Notes under the pieces: generated by a model
What the model was told of the DNA's origin: nothing
Database searches by the model: none
The model's input: the letters and a program-made list of their open reading frames with translations, nothing else
Program-made: the position numbers and the translations under genes
Shown: piece after piece, positions 19,720 to 30,737 of the stretch
How the letters are laid out: each line of letters begins with the position of its first letter
Numbering within the stretch: the stretch's first letter is position 1
NCBI GenBank assembly: GCA_019058275.1
Contig: JAHLVW010000110.1
Location: 1 to 43,594, forward strand
Direction: 5' to 3'
Length of the DNA stretch: 43,594 nucleotides
From: Candidatus Heimdallarchaeota archaeon
Lineage (GTDB): Archaea > Asgardarchaeota > Heimdallarchaeia > JABLTI01

Positions 19720-20586
19720 TTAATCATTTTTTTTCTTTTGCTTAATGAACGTGCCATTTCGATATTCTTGAAAGGCAATTCGCAGTTCTTCATTTGTATT
19801 CATGACAATGGGTCCATTCCATGCAACAGGTTCACCTATTGGTTTGCCTGAGATTAGTAAGAATCGAACAGGAGCAACTCTAGTATAGATTTCAACAAAG
19901 TCTTCATCTTTATACAAAACTAAGTTATCTTTACCAATTGCTTCTTTCTGTTTTGAATCGAAAAATCCTTCGCCATCAAAAATGTAAGCAAAAACATTAT
20001 GCCCTTGTTTTACCGGATGCTTAAAATGAGCATTCGATTCTAAAGCTACATCAAAATATTCAGGTTCAGTAACAATATCCTGTACTGGACCTTTTGTACC
20101 GTTTATTTCACCACAGATTATTTTTACTTTCACTTTATCTTTCAAAGTTACTTCTGGAATTTCATCACATGAGACATCTCTATAATGAGGATGCATCATT
20201 TTATCCTTTGCAGGGAGATTAGCCCATAACTGAAAACCTTGCATTAATCCTTTATGTTCATGTGGCATTTCTTGATGGATAATTCCGCAACCAGCAGTCA
20301 TCCATTGAACATCACCAGTACCGATTGTTCCACTATTACCTAAACTATCCTCATGTAAAACCTTTCCTTCTATCATGTAAGTTATAGTTTCAATACCTCT
20401 GTGGGGGTGCCATGGAAAACCAGCAAGATAATCATCTGGATTATCTGATCCAAAATGATCAAGAAGTAGAAAGGGATCAAAAAGTGAAACCTCATGATAA
20501 CCAAAAACACGTTTTAAATGAACTCCAGCTCCCTCAAGTGTTGGACGATTTTTTAGAATTTTTTTTATCATACGTTCTTTAGTCAA
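19720..20586 (-). CDS. pirin family protein
   Basis: DPFLLLDHF, GFPWHPHRGIETITY, VQWMTAG.GIIHQE, QLWANLP, GPIVMNT. Confidence 0.95.
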   Translation of the reverse strand: MTKERMIKKILKNRPTLEGAGVHLKRVFGYHEVSLFDPFLLLDHFGSDNPDDYLAGFPWHPHRGIETITYMIEGKVLHEDSLGNSGTIGTGDVQWMTAGCGIIHQEMPHEHKGLMQGFQLWANLPAKDKMMHPHYRDVSCDEIPEVTLKDKVKVKIICGEINGTKGPVQDIVTEPEYFDVALESNAHFKHPVKQGHNVFAYIFDGEGFFDSKQKEAIGKDNLVLYKDEDFVEIYTRVAPVRFLLISGKPIGEPVAWNGPIVMNTNEELRIAFQEYRNGTFIKQKKKND

Positions 20587-20773
20587 AATATTTTCTCCAA
20601 GAATTAGTTTTATCTCATAAGAAATAACACTAAAATTTGATTAAAACATTCTTCTACATAAAGTAAATTTGAACAATCGAAAAGTTTTCTAAAATAAGAT
20701 AGAAGCTTTGAAACAAAATATTCTGACTTTCAATGACAAAAAAAGTATTGCCAATTGGAGAAATAACATTACC

Positions 20774-21514
20774 TTAGAGTTTTTCACCGATTTCTTTTCT
20801 TACAAGTTTATCTGCCAATAATAATGGTAGAGGAAGTTTTGTACGATAAACTTGATTTTGAATAAACTCTCGAGTAATATTGATAACTATATGCAAGTCA
20901 ATGAGATGACCTTGAGATAAAAAGATAGGTTTGGCAGGAGGTTTTGATGATTGAAATGCCACACCAATAGTTTCTTCTTCAAAGATTATGTCCGAATAGC
21001 CACCTTTCAAGAGATTAGAATCATATTCACCTAAAAGTAACTTCTTAGCAACACCGAATGTTGGTTGATTTAATTCAAGTCCCATCTGAGATGCTAATCC
21101 AATTTTGTGAGGATGGATAATTCCATTACCATCAAAAATGTACACATCAGGTTTTTCTTCTAGTTTTTTGATAACTGCATGATACCCTAAAGATTCCCGA
21201 AAATGCAAAAAACTAGGAACATAAGGAATGGGTGGTTTAAAGAATTCAATGACCTCTTCAACAATTTCAAGAGTTCTAAAATCAACAACTACAATACCTG
21301 CACAAGCAATCTTGTCGGTTTTATCGTAAGCCACATCTAGACCAGCAACTAAACGAGTATCACCTAATTTTAAATTCCCATCTAAAATGATTTGATCTGC
21401 TAATTCAATTTGCTTTTGACGAACAGGTACTAATCTTGAATGGTATTCTTTTGGGATGTCTAATTGCTGATTATTGTTCATACTAATACAAATCACTCTT
21501 AAGTTTAAAAACAT
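20774..21514 (-). CDS. nfi: endonuclease V (probable start at ATG 21481)
   Basis: AGLDVAY, PYVPSFLHFRE, DGNGIIHP..GLAS..G, GVAKK, PIFLSQGH, LP.PL..AD. Confidence 0.92.
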   Translation of the reverse strand: MFLNLRVICISMNNNQQLDIPKEYHSRLVPVRQKQIELADQIILDGNLKLGDTRLVAGLDVAYDKTDKIACAGIVVVDFRTLEIVEEVIEFFKPPIPYVPSFLHFRESLGYHAVIKKLEEKPDVYIFDGNGIIHPHKIGLASQMGLELNQPTFGVAKKLLLGEYDSNLLKGGYSDIIFEEETIGVAFQSSKPPAKPIFLSQGHLIDLHIVINITREFIQNQVYRTKLPLPLLLADKLVRKEIGEKL

Positions 21515-21617
21515 TCGAAAAAAATAGCAACAGATAACATCAAAAGATTAATCACAACTCAACCGTAATCTTTTTTAAATTGCTTTGAAAGACACAAAAA
21601 TAGTCCCAAATAAATCA

Positions 21618-21704
21618 GCCGGGGTGTCCTAGCCTGGTAGGGAGATGGATTGCTAATCCATTGTGCTTACGCACGCGCGGGTTCAAATCCCGTCCCCGGC
21701 ACCA
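21618..21704 (+). tRNA. tRNA-Ser(GCT), CCA encoded
   Basis: Acceptor GCCGGGG/CCCCGGC, anticodon arm ATGGA-TTGCTAA-TCCAT, long variable arm GTGC-TTAC-GCAC, T loop GTTCAAATC. Confidence 0.95.
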
Positions 21705-21718
21705 TTTTTTGATTTGTT

Positions 21719-22628
21719 TTATTCAACTCTTAAAATATAGCGATAACAAGGTTCAAACTTGAGTTCCAACTGCTCATAATGCTTGAGAAGGTTGACATCT
21801 CTCACTTCATGCCATAATGTTTCATAACCTACCTCTTTTGCTTTATTTGTTAGATACATAAAAGTGTCAATGATTACATCTTTGATTAAATCTTTATTAC
21901 CATCATTTGCTAAATGATGAACCTCTAAAAATGCTCTACCTGGAATTTCTAGATAGTTATCACCTTTAAAGACAAGGCCATAAGCAATATTTTGCTCTAT
22001 TTGAGTAATTGCTCGAGCAATTAGAGTTTTATTTGCATAATAGTTATCTAATCTCTCACGTAACTCATCTCTGGATTGAGAATTGATCTTGCTTATCGTT
22101 TCAATTAAGTAATCATTATAGTTCTCATCACTTTCATTGAAAATTGAACTCTTGGTATCAATATAGCCTGAAGTTAATAAATTACTAACAGAAAATAAAG
22201 TCACATAACTAAGCAATATACGTTCACCAAAACCATGCCTTTCTAGAATTTGTATTGTATCACCCCATCCAGGCATAGCAATAGTTCGAATTACTTTTAC
22301 TCCTTGAGATGCTAAAATATTGTTTGCTATATCCATAAGCTCTTTTTCTATGTGTTCAAAACCTTTGCGAATAAAAGGTATATGAATAGACCCCCATAAG
22401 ACTTCATCAATTTCTTTCTCAACTGTGCTACTTAGAAATCCCACTAATTTATTATTTTCATATGCAATAATGATGAGTGTTTGCTGTAAATCCCTTTTGG
22501 GAATAGCTCTTTGAGAGTGATTCTTTATTTGGATACCAAATAACCCAATCCCATTCCTTAATTACATCCTTTACAAGTTCAATCTGATCATCAAGTTGGG
22601 ATCCGTCATAGGTTTTGAAAATAGCCAT
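21719..22628 (-). pseudogene. GNAT-like protein split by a +1 frameshift near 22466
   Basis: ATG at 22628 gives MAIFKTYDGSQLDDQIELV...NTHHY. Removing one T joins it to AYENNKLVGFLSS... (ORF 21719..22444), a typical GNAT beta-hairpin. Confidence 0.6.
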
Positions 22629-22729
22629 AAGCAATCAACTACAAAATAATTCTTATTTTAGAACATAAATAGCTTCATTTTTATCTTTTTACAATAAATA
22701 CAAGTTGTGTTTCTATAAATTATACTAGA

Positions 22730-23329
22730 TTGCTCAAAATATATTTTACTACCAATTTTTATTACATATTCATGAACTCCAAGAATTTCCTAATGAAGCA
22801 ATTAGAGGAAACAGCGAAAATTATTGATTGGACAGTCAATCAAATATCTAAGGAAAGATTACTAGAAACCCCTCCTCATGGAAATCATCCAAACGCAACA
22901 GATTATATCAAAGGGTATTTTGGAAAATGGTCTGCTTATAGAATATTATTCCATCTTGTTTTCTATGAAGAAAATCATGTTATATCTAGTTTAAAGAAGT
23001 ATTTAGAAGAACCCGTAGCTATTTCTGAAAACGAGTTAAACGAAGAGGATGCTTGGAATAGAGATTTAGTCCTAGGTGTAAATGTGGATGAATTGTTGAA
23101 ACGACTTCATCTTGTGAGAAAGATGCAAATAAAAATTATTAATAGAATGGATGAAAATCAATGGTCTGCTGATACTGGTCACTCAAGTTGTTTGGATTCA
23201 TCTCCTGAATTTATTACCTCAAAAACAATTCAACATACTTTAGAGCACGGGAATAAATTATTACGAATAGCTTTATTCTGGGATAGACACTTACAAATGC
23301 TAGATCAAAAGAAAAAAAATCCCGATTAA
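22730..23329 (+). CDS. DinB/YfiT-like four-helix protein (probable start at ATG 22772)
   Basis: KWSAYRILFHLVFYE ... HTLEHG metal-binding His pattern. Confidence 0.7.
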   Translation: MLKIYFTTNFYYIFMNSKNFLMKQLEETAKIIDWTVNQISKERLLETPPHGNHPNATDYIKGYFGKWSAYRILFHLVFYEENHVISSLKKYLEEPVAISENELNEEDAWNRDLVLGVNVDELLKRLHLVRKMQIKIINRMDENQWSADTGHSSCLDSSPEFITSKTIQHTLEHGNKLLRIALFWDRHLQMLDQKKKNPD

Positions 23330-23449
23330 ATTAAATTCATTTCGAAAATGCAATTGCTGATTCTGCTTTTTCTTTCATATTTGTTTTTTACAAATTGTGA
23401 GTTAATCTTAAAAGATAAGTACACAGTAAGATGTTTAGGATGATTTTCT

Positions 23450-24838
23450 ATGAGAGATTTATTGAAAATTGCTATCGATGAAAGACCAGATGGAGTACAT
23501 GTCGAAGCACGGTATCATCAAAGAAAGAGAATAGAAGTTCGTGCAGATAAAGGAAGACTCCAAAGGACAATCGTCGATGATTTTGCCGGTATTGGAATCA
23601 GAGTTCTTCATAAAGGAGCATGGGGGTATGCAAGCACTAGTGAATTAAATAACAAAGCAGTAAAAGAAACATTGAAAAACGCTGTAGCTGCTGCTGAGAA
23701 TTTGGCTCCAAGTATGAAAGAGAAGATTGAGCTTGCTCCAATAAAACCTGTAACTGGTTCATTCAAATCAATAGGTAAGGATCCATTTGCAAATCACACT
23801 ATTGAAGAAAGAGTAAATCTTGTAATGAATGCTGACAAGTTAGTTAGAGAAGCTGATGAGAGAATAAAAGGATCAATGGTTTTCTTAAGAGAACCAAGCA
23901 ATCATCGAATAATAATGAATTCAGATGGAACTGATGTAGAATTATTTGACAGTAGACCTGATTTCTACATTCAAGCAACTGCTGCTGAAGCGGGAAAAAT
24001 AATGCCATATTATTCAGTAAATGGTATAACTGGTGGATGGGAGATATTTAAGAAATATACACCAGAAGACATGGCTAAGAAAGCAGTAGAAACTTCAATT
24101 GATTTGCTAGAGGCTCCATTAGCTAAAGGCGGAAAACATACAGTTATTATGGAACCATCAGTAGTAGGAATAATTTGTCATGAAGCAATAGGACATACAG
24201 TTGAAAGTGATTTTGTTCTAGCAGGAAGCGCTGCAAAAGGTAAAATTGGGAAAAAAGTTGCTAGCGAACTAGTAACAATGGTAGATACAGGAGAACAAAA
24301 AACTGCTGGAGGATGGTTAGAAGTGGATGATGCAGGAGTAAAAAGTAAAAAAACTGTTATCATTAAAGAAGGGATAATGAAATCCTATCTACACAGTAGA
24401 TTTACTGCACACCATTTTGGAGTAAAACCAACTGGAAACGAACGAGCATGGGAATATAATGTAGAACCACTGATAAGAATGAGAAACACTTACCTAGAAC
24501 CAGGAAACTTTACAAAAGAAGAACTACTGGAGGATATAAAATTTGGATATCTGTGTGTTCAACCGGGAGGTGGACAAGCAGATAGTACAGCAGAATTCAT
24601 GTTTTCTATAACAGAAGCTTATGAAATAAAGGATGGAGAAATAGGTGGACTAGTGAAAAATGTCACTTTAACTGGAGATGCCTTTGAGGTATTACAATCA
24701 GTGAAAGGAGTAGGAAAGGATTGGAAACTAGACATGGGGAGCGGACATTGTGGTAAGTGGCAGCCAGCTAAAGTTGATGGCGGTGGTGGACCAACTAAAG
24801 CAACAACTTTAGTCTCAGGTGAAGTAGGAGGAAAATAA
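23450..24838 (+). CDS. tldD: TldD metalloprotease subunit
   Basis: GIGIRV, HEAIGHTVESD (HExxxH), DDAG, PTGNER, RMRNTY, GHCGK.Q...GGG.P. Confidence 0.93.
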   Translation: MRDLLKIAIDERPDGVHVEARYHQRKRIEVRADKGRLQRTIVDDFAGIGIRVLHKGAWGYASTSELNNKAVKETLKNAVAAAENLAPSMKEKIELAPIKPVTGSFKSIGKDPFANHTIEERVNLVMNADKLVREADERIKGSMVFLREPSNHRIIMNSDGTDVELFDSRPDFYIQATAAEAGKIMPYYSVNGITGGWEIFKKYTPEDMAKKAVETSIDLLEAPLAKGGKHTVIMEPSVVGIICHEAIGHTVESDFVLAGSAAKGKIGKKVASELVTMVDTGEQKTAGGWLEVDDAGVKSKKTVIIKEGIMKSYLHSRFTAHHFGVKPTGNERAWEYNVEPLIRMRNTYLEPGNFTKEELLEDIKFGYLCVQPGGGQADSTAEFMFSITEAYEIKDGEIGGLVKNVTLTGDAFEVLQSVKGVGKDWKLDMGSGHCGKWQPAKVDGGGGPTKATTLVSGEVGGK

Positions 24839-24839
24839 G

Positions 24840-26180
24840 ATGTCTGATATTTTAGCTACGTTAGAACCATTAATTGGTAAGGCTCAAAAATTGGGTGCCG
24901 ATGAAGTTGAATTTTTCGCACAAAAATACTGTGTTAAAACAGTTAACTTTGAACACAATAATATGAAATCTGCTGTTGCCAGTATTGTTGATGGTATTGG
25001 CATTCGTGTTCTTAAGAATAAAGCTCTTGGTTTTGCTAGTGCTAATTCTCTTGATAAAATCAAAATCGAGGATGCTTTGAAGGAAGCTGTTGCTATTGCT
25101 AAGGTTACTCCTCCTGAAGATAATTACTTTTTATCTCCTAAACAAAAGATTACCAAAATTCCTGAAATGTATGATAAAGCCATAGAATCCTTTTCTATGG
25201 ATGATACAATTTCCTATAGTAGTAAGCTTTTGAAGACTGCTACTGAACACGACTCAAGAGTTACTGTTGATTCTGGTACATTTGCAGCTACTATTAGAGA
25301 GAGTGCTCTTGTTAACTCTAATGGAGTTAGTATTTCTGAAACTAAATCCCTCTTCAATTGGATGCTTTTCGGTATGGCGATTGATGGTGAAGATATTGGT
25401 TCATTTGATTATTGCTATGATTCAGTGGTCAATGTGAGTGATATCGACATAGAATTTACTGCTAAAGATTTTGCTGAAAAAGTTGTACGCAATCTAAATG
25501 CTCAAAAAACAGAATCCTTTGAAGGTCTTGCTGTTTTAACACCAGATGCTGTTGGTGATTTATTCTGGCTTTTAGTTAATGCCGCTACTGCTACTCAAAT
25601 TCAAGCTGGATCAAGTTTCTTACAAGATAAACTAGGAGATAAAATCGCTGTCGATGAGCTAACCATTGTTGATGATGGAACTCTGAAAGGTCAAAGTGCA
25701 AGTTCATCTTTTGATCGTGAGGGAGTCCCACACAAAAAATATAGTGTAATCGACAAAGGTATTTTCACTGGTGTCCTATATGATACTTTCACTGCTAACA
25801 AAGAAAACATAGAAAGCACGGGTCATGCATCTGGTACCTATAGAAATATTCCAAACATTTGGACCACTAATCTTGAATTGAAACCTGGCACTAAATCATA
25901 TGAAGAACTAATTTCTGAAATTGATCATGGAATTGTAGTAAACAGAATTAGTGCTGCTCCTGATCCAATCTCTGGTGATTTCTCTGCTGCTCTCAAAGGT
26001 TCTCAACTCATCAAAAACGGTGAAATGACTGATACATTACGAGAGATTACTGCTGTTGGTAATATTTTCACAAATCTGAATACTATTACTGGTATAAGTA
26101 AAGAACAAAGAGCACTTAGAGGAAATCAGAGCTGGTTAGTTCCATACATAGTCATGGATAAAATCAAATTTGTCTCATAA
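24840..26180 (+). CDS. pmbA: PmbA/TldE subunit 1
   Basis: GIGIRV, SSFDREG, STGHA, SGDFS; lacks HExxxH. Confidence 0.9.
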   Translation: MSDILATLEPLIGKAQKLGADEVEFFAQKYCVKTVNFEHNNMKSAVASIVDGIGIRVLKNKALGFASANSLDKIKIEDALKEAVAIAKVTPPEDNYFLSPKQKITKIPEMYDKAIESFSMDDTISYSSKLLKTATEHDSRVTVDSGTFAATIRESALVNSNGVSISETKSLFNWMLFGMAIDGEDIGSFDYCYDSVVNVSDIDIEFTAKDFAEKVVRNLNAQKTESFEGLAVLTPDAVGDLFWLLVNAATATQIQAGSSFLQDKLGDKIAVDELTIVDDGTLKGQSASSSFDREGVPHKKYSVIDKGIFTGVLYDTFTANKENIESTGHASGTYRNIPNIWTTNLELKPGTKSYEELISEIDHGIVVNRISAAPDPISGDFSAALKGSQLIKNGEMTDTLREITAVGNIFTNLNTITGISKEQRALRGNQSWLVPYIVMDKIKFVS

Positions 26181-26217
26181 ACTTATGAGACATTTCTATT
26201 CATTTTTGAGGAATTCA

Positions 26218-27564
26218 ATGCTTGATGAATTGTTGACAATATTGGAACCTCTTTCTGCAAAAGCAGAAAAGGTAGGTGCTGATGAAGTTGAATTTTTTGC
26301 TCAAAAGATAAATCAAAAAACTATATTTATTGAAGCTAATAATTTAAAGTCAGCTATCTCAAATTCTTTGAATGGTGTTGGTATAAGGGTTATCAAGAAT
26401 AAATCTGTTGGGTTTGCAAGTACAAATTCTCTTGACAAAATAAAAATTGAAGATGCCTTAAATGAAGCGCTAGCTATAACAAAAGTTACTCTACCAGAAA
26501 ATAGTAATTACCTTCCTCAAAAACGAGTTATAAAAAAGATTCCTGAATTATATGATGAAGCAATTGAACAATATTCTTTAGATGATTTAATAAGTTTAAG
26601 TTCAAAAACTCTGGATTTAATTAATGATACTGACTTAAGGATTAATGTAGAAAGTGGAGAATTTAGAGCAATTAAAACAGAATTTGCTGTTACAAATTCA
26701 AATGGCATTGAAACTTCTGAGATTAGATCATCTTTTAGTTGGGATTATGCTGGAATGGCTGTAGATGAATCAGATATAGGTTCATGGGATTTCGTATCTG
26801 ATAGTGTAGTGAAAGCCAAAGATATAGACATTGAATCAAGTGTTCAGAAATTTACTAAAAAGGTTCTTGGAAATCTTAAGGCAAAAAAAACTCATTCTTT
26901 TGTTGGTTTTATGGTTTTATCCCCAGAAGCAGTATTCGATTTATTCAATATCGTTATCGAATCAGCTACTGCTTATCCAATACAACAAGGTGGAAGCTAT
27001 TTACAAGATAAATTGGGCGATCAAATAGCTATAAAAGATTTAACTATTACCGATAATGGTACACTTGAAAACAGTTGTTCAAGTAGATCATTCGATCGAG
27101 AAGGATTACCTCCTAATGAATTGAAAATAATCAATAATGGGATTTTCACAGGTGTACTTTACAATACTTTTACCGCTAATAAGGAAAATCTTGAATCAAC
27201 TGGACACGCAAGTGGTGGATTTCGAAATATTCCTTTGATTAGTTCCACAAATGTTACAATAGCTATTGGAAATAAATCAATTGAACAAATGATTGCTGAA
27301 ATCGATCATGGAATTTATGTTAAAAGAATAAGTGCTTCTCCTGATTATGTTTCAGGTGATTTTTCAGCGGTATTAAAAGGAAGCAAGTTAATTGAAAAGG
27401 GTGAAATCAAGCATACTTTGAAAGAGATCACTGCTTCTGGAAACATTTATACTAGTTTGAATGAAATCTTTGCAATTAGTAATAAAAAACATGCCCTGCG
27501 ATATGGTGATGTTAGTTTTTTTGTTCCCGAGATTTCAATAGATAACATTAGTTTCGCATCTTAA
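26218..27564 (+). CDS. pmbA: PmbA/TldE subunit 2 (tandem paralog)
   Basis: ATG 26218 after GAGGA; aligns end to end with 24840..26180 (GADEVEFFAQK, SFDREG, STGHASG, SGDFSA). Confidence 0.88.
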   Translation: MLDELLTILEPLSAKAEKVGADEVEFFAQKINQKTIFIEANNLKSAISNSLNGVGIRVIKNKSVGFASTNSLDKIKIEDALNEALAITKVTLPENSNYLPQKRVIKKIPELYDEAIEQYSLDDLISLSSKTLDLINDTDLRINVESGEFRAIKTEFAVTNSNGIETSEIRSSFSWDYAGMAVDESDIGSWDFVSDSVVKAKDIDIESSVQKFTKKVLGNLKAKKTHSFVGFMVLSPEAVFDLFNIVIESATAYPIQQGGSYLQDKLGDQIAIKDLTITDNGTLENSCSSRSFDREGLPPNELKIINNGIFTGVLYNTFTANKENLESTGHASGGFRNIPLISSTNVTIAIGNKSIEQMIAEIDHGIYVKRISASPDYVSGDFSAVLKGSKLIEKGEIKHTLKEITASGNIYTSLNEIFAISNKKHALRYGDVSFFVPEISIDNISFAS

Positions 27565-27698
27565 TTTTTATAATTCCTTGAGCTGTAACAACAAAAAAAT
27601 TGTAATATTAGGTATTTTTCTCTATAAACCTTAGAGAATAATAGTTAATCTTTATTAGCTATTACTCTCAAAAATCACTTGTATAACAAAAACTGAGA

Positions 27699-29372
27699 GT
27701 GAAATACTTGACTCTTGAAAGCATTGATGAACTATCATTTACTCCTCGAGATTATCAAACTGCTGCTGCTATAAGTATTTTAAAATCTATTACTGAAGAT
27801 AAGAAACGGTCAACAGTTCTCCTTCTTCCTACAGGTATGGGTAAAACAAATGTAGCAGTTATGGTTGTTTTTGAGATGTTAAAGAAAGGTTTAATCTCAC
27901 CAGAAGGCAAAGTTCTTTTCTTATCTCCAGATAGAAAACTAAAACACCAACTTCATGATGTTTGTCAAGCAGATCTCTCAACCTATGGAAGTTCCTTTTT
28001 ATTACCTGAAGGTGGAAGTTTACCTCCATCATTAACTCAGAAACATTTTGCGATTTCAAGATTTATTTTTGCAACACCCGCATTGTTAATGAATTCACTA
28101 TTTGCTCGAACACCAAGTCAAAGAAGAGTTCGACCTGAAGATCTTGATAAAATTGAATTCATTGTTATTGATGAGATTCTTGATGTTACAGCTCAAACAA
28201 TAAAAGGCGGTGGTTTCAGAATGGATAAACGTTTTGCTCCGTTAATTGATCGATTAATGGCTAAACCAACAAATCAATTCCTTGGTTTAACAGCTTCTAT
28301 CCTCCAAAAAGGCAAATTATCGTTTATTGAAAACATGTTCGGTGGAGCAGATAAGGTTGAATTCATTTATCCAAAGGGAAAAGATTTCCAAGAACATGCA
28401 CCAGCCATTAAACTAAAGCGATTTTACGTTTTCGATGACATGCGAAAAGAAATGGATACGCTTTTAATGGTTTTACGATCTAGAACTCAGAAAGTGCTAG
28501 TGAGCGGTTATTATAGACTATCAGGTGGGCAGAAGCTTCCTTCTAATAGAACACTCCTTTTTGCTAATGAAGTTATGAAAAAATCCTATCAAGGTACAAA
28601 TTTTGAAGCTGGTTCTGAAGCATTTTTTAAAAATTTAATCATAAATGCTGGAGCGTATCTTGATTTAATTGTAGCAAGACAATTTCTCTTTGAACACACA
28701 TTTCCAAAATTCGCTAATTTTGTTAGAGGGATAAAAAATACTTTACTCAACAATGCTGATGAATGGCAAGAGGTTAAAGAGTTAATCGAAATGGCAGTTA
28801 AGCAAGGGAAGGACTCTAAAGTATCACCAAAAGATTTGCGTTTAATTCAAGTGGTAAAAAAATTGGTACAAGAAGAAGATAATTCAGTTATTATCTTTTT
28901 GCGATTTGTTGAAATGACCAAGCACCTTTCATTTCTATTAGAACGAGAAGGCATTCCAAATCTCTTTGTTCATGGGCGAATGAGTGGTGAATCTCAAAAC
29001 ATGCAGCTTAAACGCTTCAAAAATGGAGAAGTAAAAGTCCTATTTGCTAGTGAACGATTGATTAGAAAAGGAACTGATTTGCCAGAAGCAGATAGATGTA
29101 TACATTTCGGAACAACTCTATCTATTGAAGCACGTGAACAAGCTATGGGTCGTATTAGAAGCACTCGATCAGACTTGAAAGAAGATATTACGATAATTTA
29201 TCATCAAACTGCTGAGCAAGAGAAGTATACAAAACTAGTTGAACAATTCCTTGAATCAGTTAAAAGCTTGAAGACATCAGCTGGCTGGACTATCTATGAT
29301 GACGGATCAGTTGAAGCTAGTGGACAAGAGCAACCAGAATTTGTGGTTGAAGAACAAGAGAAAAAGGATTAG
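27699..29372 (+). CDS. SF2 helicase, Hef/FANCM-like helicase module without a nuclease domain
   Basis: PRDYQ (Q motif), LPTGMGKT (I), IVIDEIL (II variant), GLTAS (III), KGTDLP (V), QAMGRI (VI variant). Confidence 0.8.
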   Translation: MKYLTLESIDELSFTPRDYQTAAAISILKSITEDKKRSTVLLLPTGMGKTNVAVMVVFEMLKKGLISPEGKVLFLSPDRKLKHQLHDVCQADLSTYGSSFLLPEGGSLPPSLTQKHFAISRFIFATPALLMNSLFARTPSQRRVRPEDLDKIEFIVIDEILDVTAQTIKGGGFRMDKRFAPLIDRLMAKPTNQFLGLTASILQKGKLSFIENMFGGADKVEFIYPKGKDFQEHAPAIKLKRFYVFDDMRKEMDTLLMVLRSRTQKVLVSGYYRLSGGQKLPSNRTLLFANEVMKKSYQGTNFEAGSEAFFKNLIINAGAYLDLIVARQFLFEHTFPKFANFVRGIKNTLLNNADEWQEVKELIEMAVKQGKDSKVSPKDLRLIQVVKKLVQEEDNSVIIFLRFVEMTKHLSFLLEREGIPNLFVHGRMSGESQNMQLKRFKNGEVKVLFASERLIRKGTDLPEADRCIHFGTTLSIEAREQAMGRIRSTRSDLKEDITIIYHQTAEQEKYTKLVEQFLESVKSLKTSAGWTIYDDGSVEASGQEQPEFVVEEQEKKD

Positions 29373-29384
29373 TAATAATATTTC

Positions 29385-30656
29385 CTAAACCTTTTCAGGT
29401 TGTTTTGGTATGAGATTTATTTTAGTATAGTGTAAAATCAGTAAGGTAAGTGGAATCACTAGAAGCACAAAAAACCCTATGCTGCCAATTAGGAAAACAG
29501 CAGAATAACAGGTAGCTAAGATAATTGGCTGGAAAATTATAGGTGATAAGGATTCACCGATATACCACATAGTGTTATATCCACTAACTACTTTTCCTCG
29601 ATTTTTAATTGAAGTATTACTAACAAGATACAAACTAAAATTTGGTAATAGAAAACCAAAACCAAATCCCCCTACTAACGCTGCAACTAAAAAAATAGCA
29701 AAATTACTAGCAAAAGATAATATAATAAATCCTATTCCCAACAAACCAAAACCGATTAATGATATTATATGGAAATTCAAGATTTTCTTAAATTGATTAT
29801 ATAATATTCCTATTAAAGCTGCAGCAACCATAACAGCAGCCATAATTATCCCTACTCTAAAGCTAGATATTTCTAGTTCCAAATCATCAACATAGTATGA
29901 AATTTGCGAGGGACCTAGATAAAAGAAAAACATCAAAGCAAAAATTGAGAAATAGCAAACAGCAATAATCCATTTTGTGCTTAAACCTTCAACTGTGCAT
30001 GTATTCTCGGAATCTTGTGTCTTTTTATTTAGTGGGGTTGCTTCTTTGATGATATCATCACCCATCTCTTGATTTTTAGGTCCGTGAAGGATAAAAATCG
30101 TTGTAGGTAGGAGGATAGCTGGAAATAAGTACACTAAGAAGGGGTAATTCTATTGGATATCAAATAAAGCTCCACCAATTAAAGCAAAAACCACTGAACC
30201 TATTGCTCCAGTAGCAACCTGGAATCCTAATACTCTATCCCGTTTTTCTCCTTGATAATAATCGCCTATCAAAGTTAAAATTGTGTTCATATTACCTGCA
30301 GCAGCAATACCAAGAAAAGCTCGACTCACTATAATACCATATAAATTAGTAATGTAAAATCCCATGGATCCTGCAACAATATAAAGAATTAATGAACTAA
30401 TAAGAACAGGTTTTCTACCCCATTTATCAATAAGAAAACCAATAATAAACGCAAAAAGTGCAAAAGTTAAAGTAGGTACTGTTAAACTGAATTTAGTAAG
30501 AAATTCTGCATTAGCAACTATTCCATCAAAATGCTCAGTAATTTTTGATAATCCAGGAGAAATCGGTGTACCAACCATGACTGTTAATGTACTCAGTAAT
30601 AATAGAGTTGTTTCGCGTAAGAGTCCTTTGATTGGTTTCTCATCTTCTTCCAACAA
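29385..30656 (-). pseudogene. MFS transporter interrupted by an in-frame TAG (30150-30152)
   Basis: GFLIDKWGRKPV (motif A). The two ORFs are in frame: ALFDIQ*NYPFLVYLFP, where W is usual (W.YPF.VY). Confidence 0.85.
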
Positions 30657-30737
30657 TTCTATCCTTCCTAGATACTAAATTATTTAACTTAATATAGACT
30701 ATTAATGAACCTATTTAGAAATTTGTTACTTTGTTTT

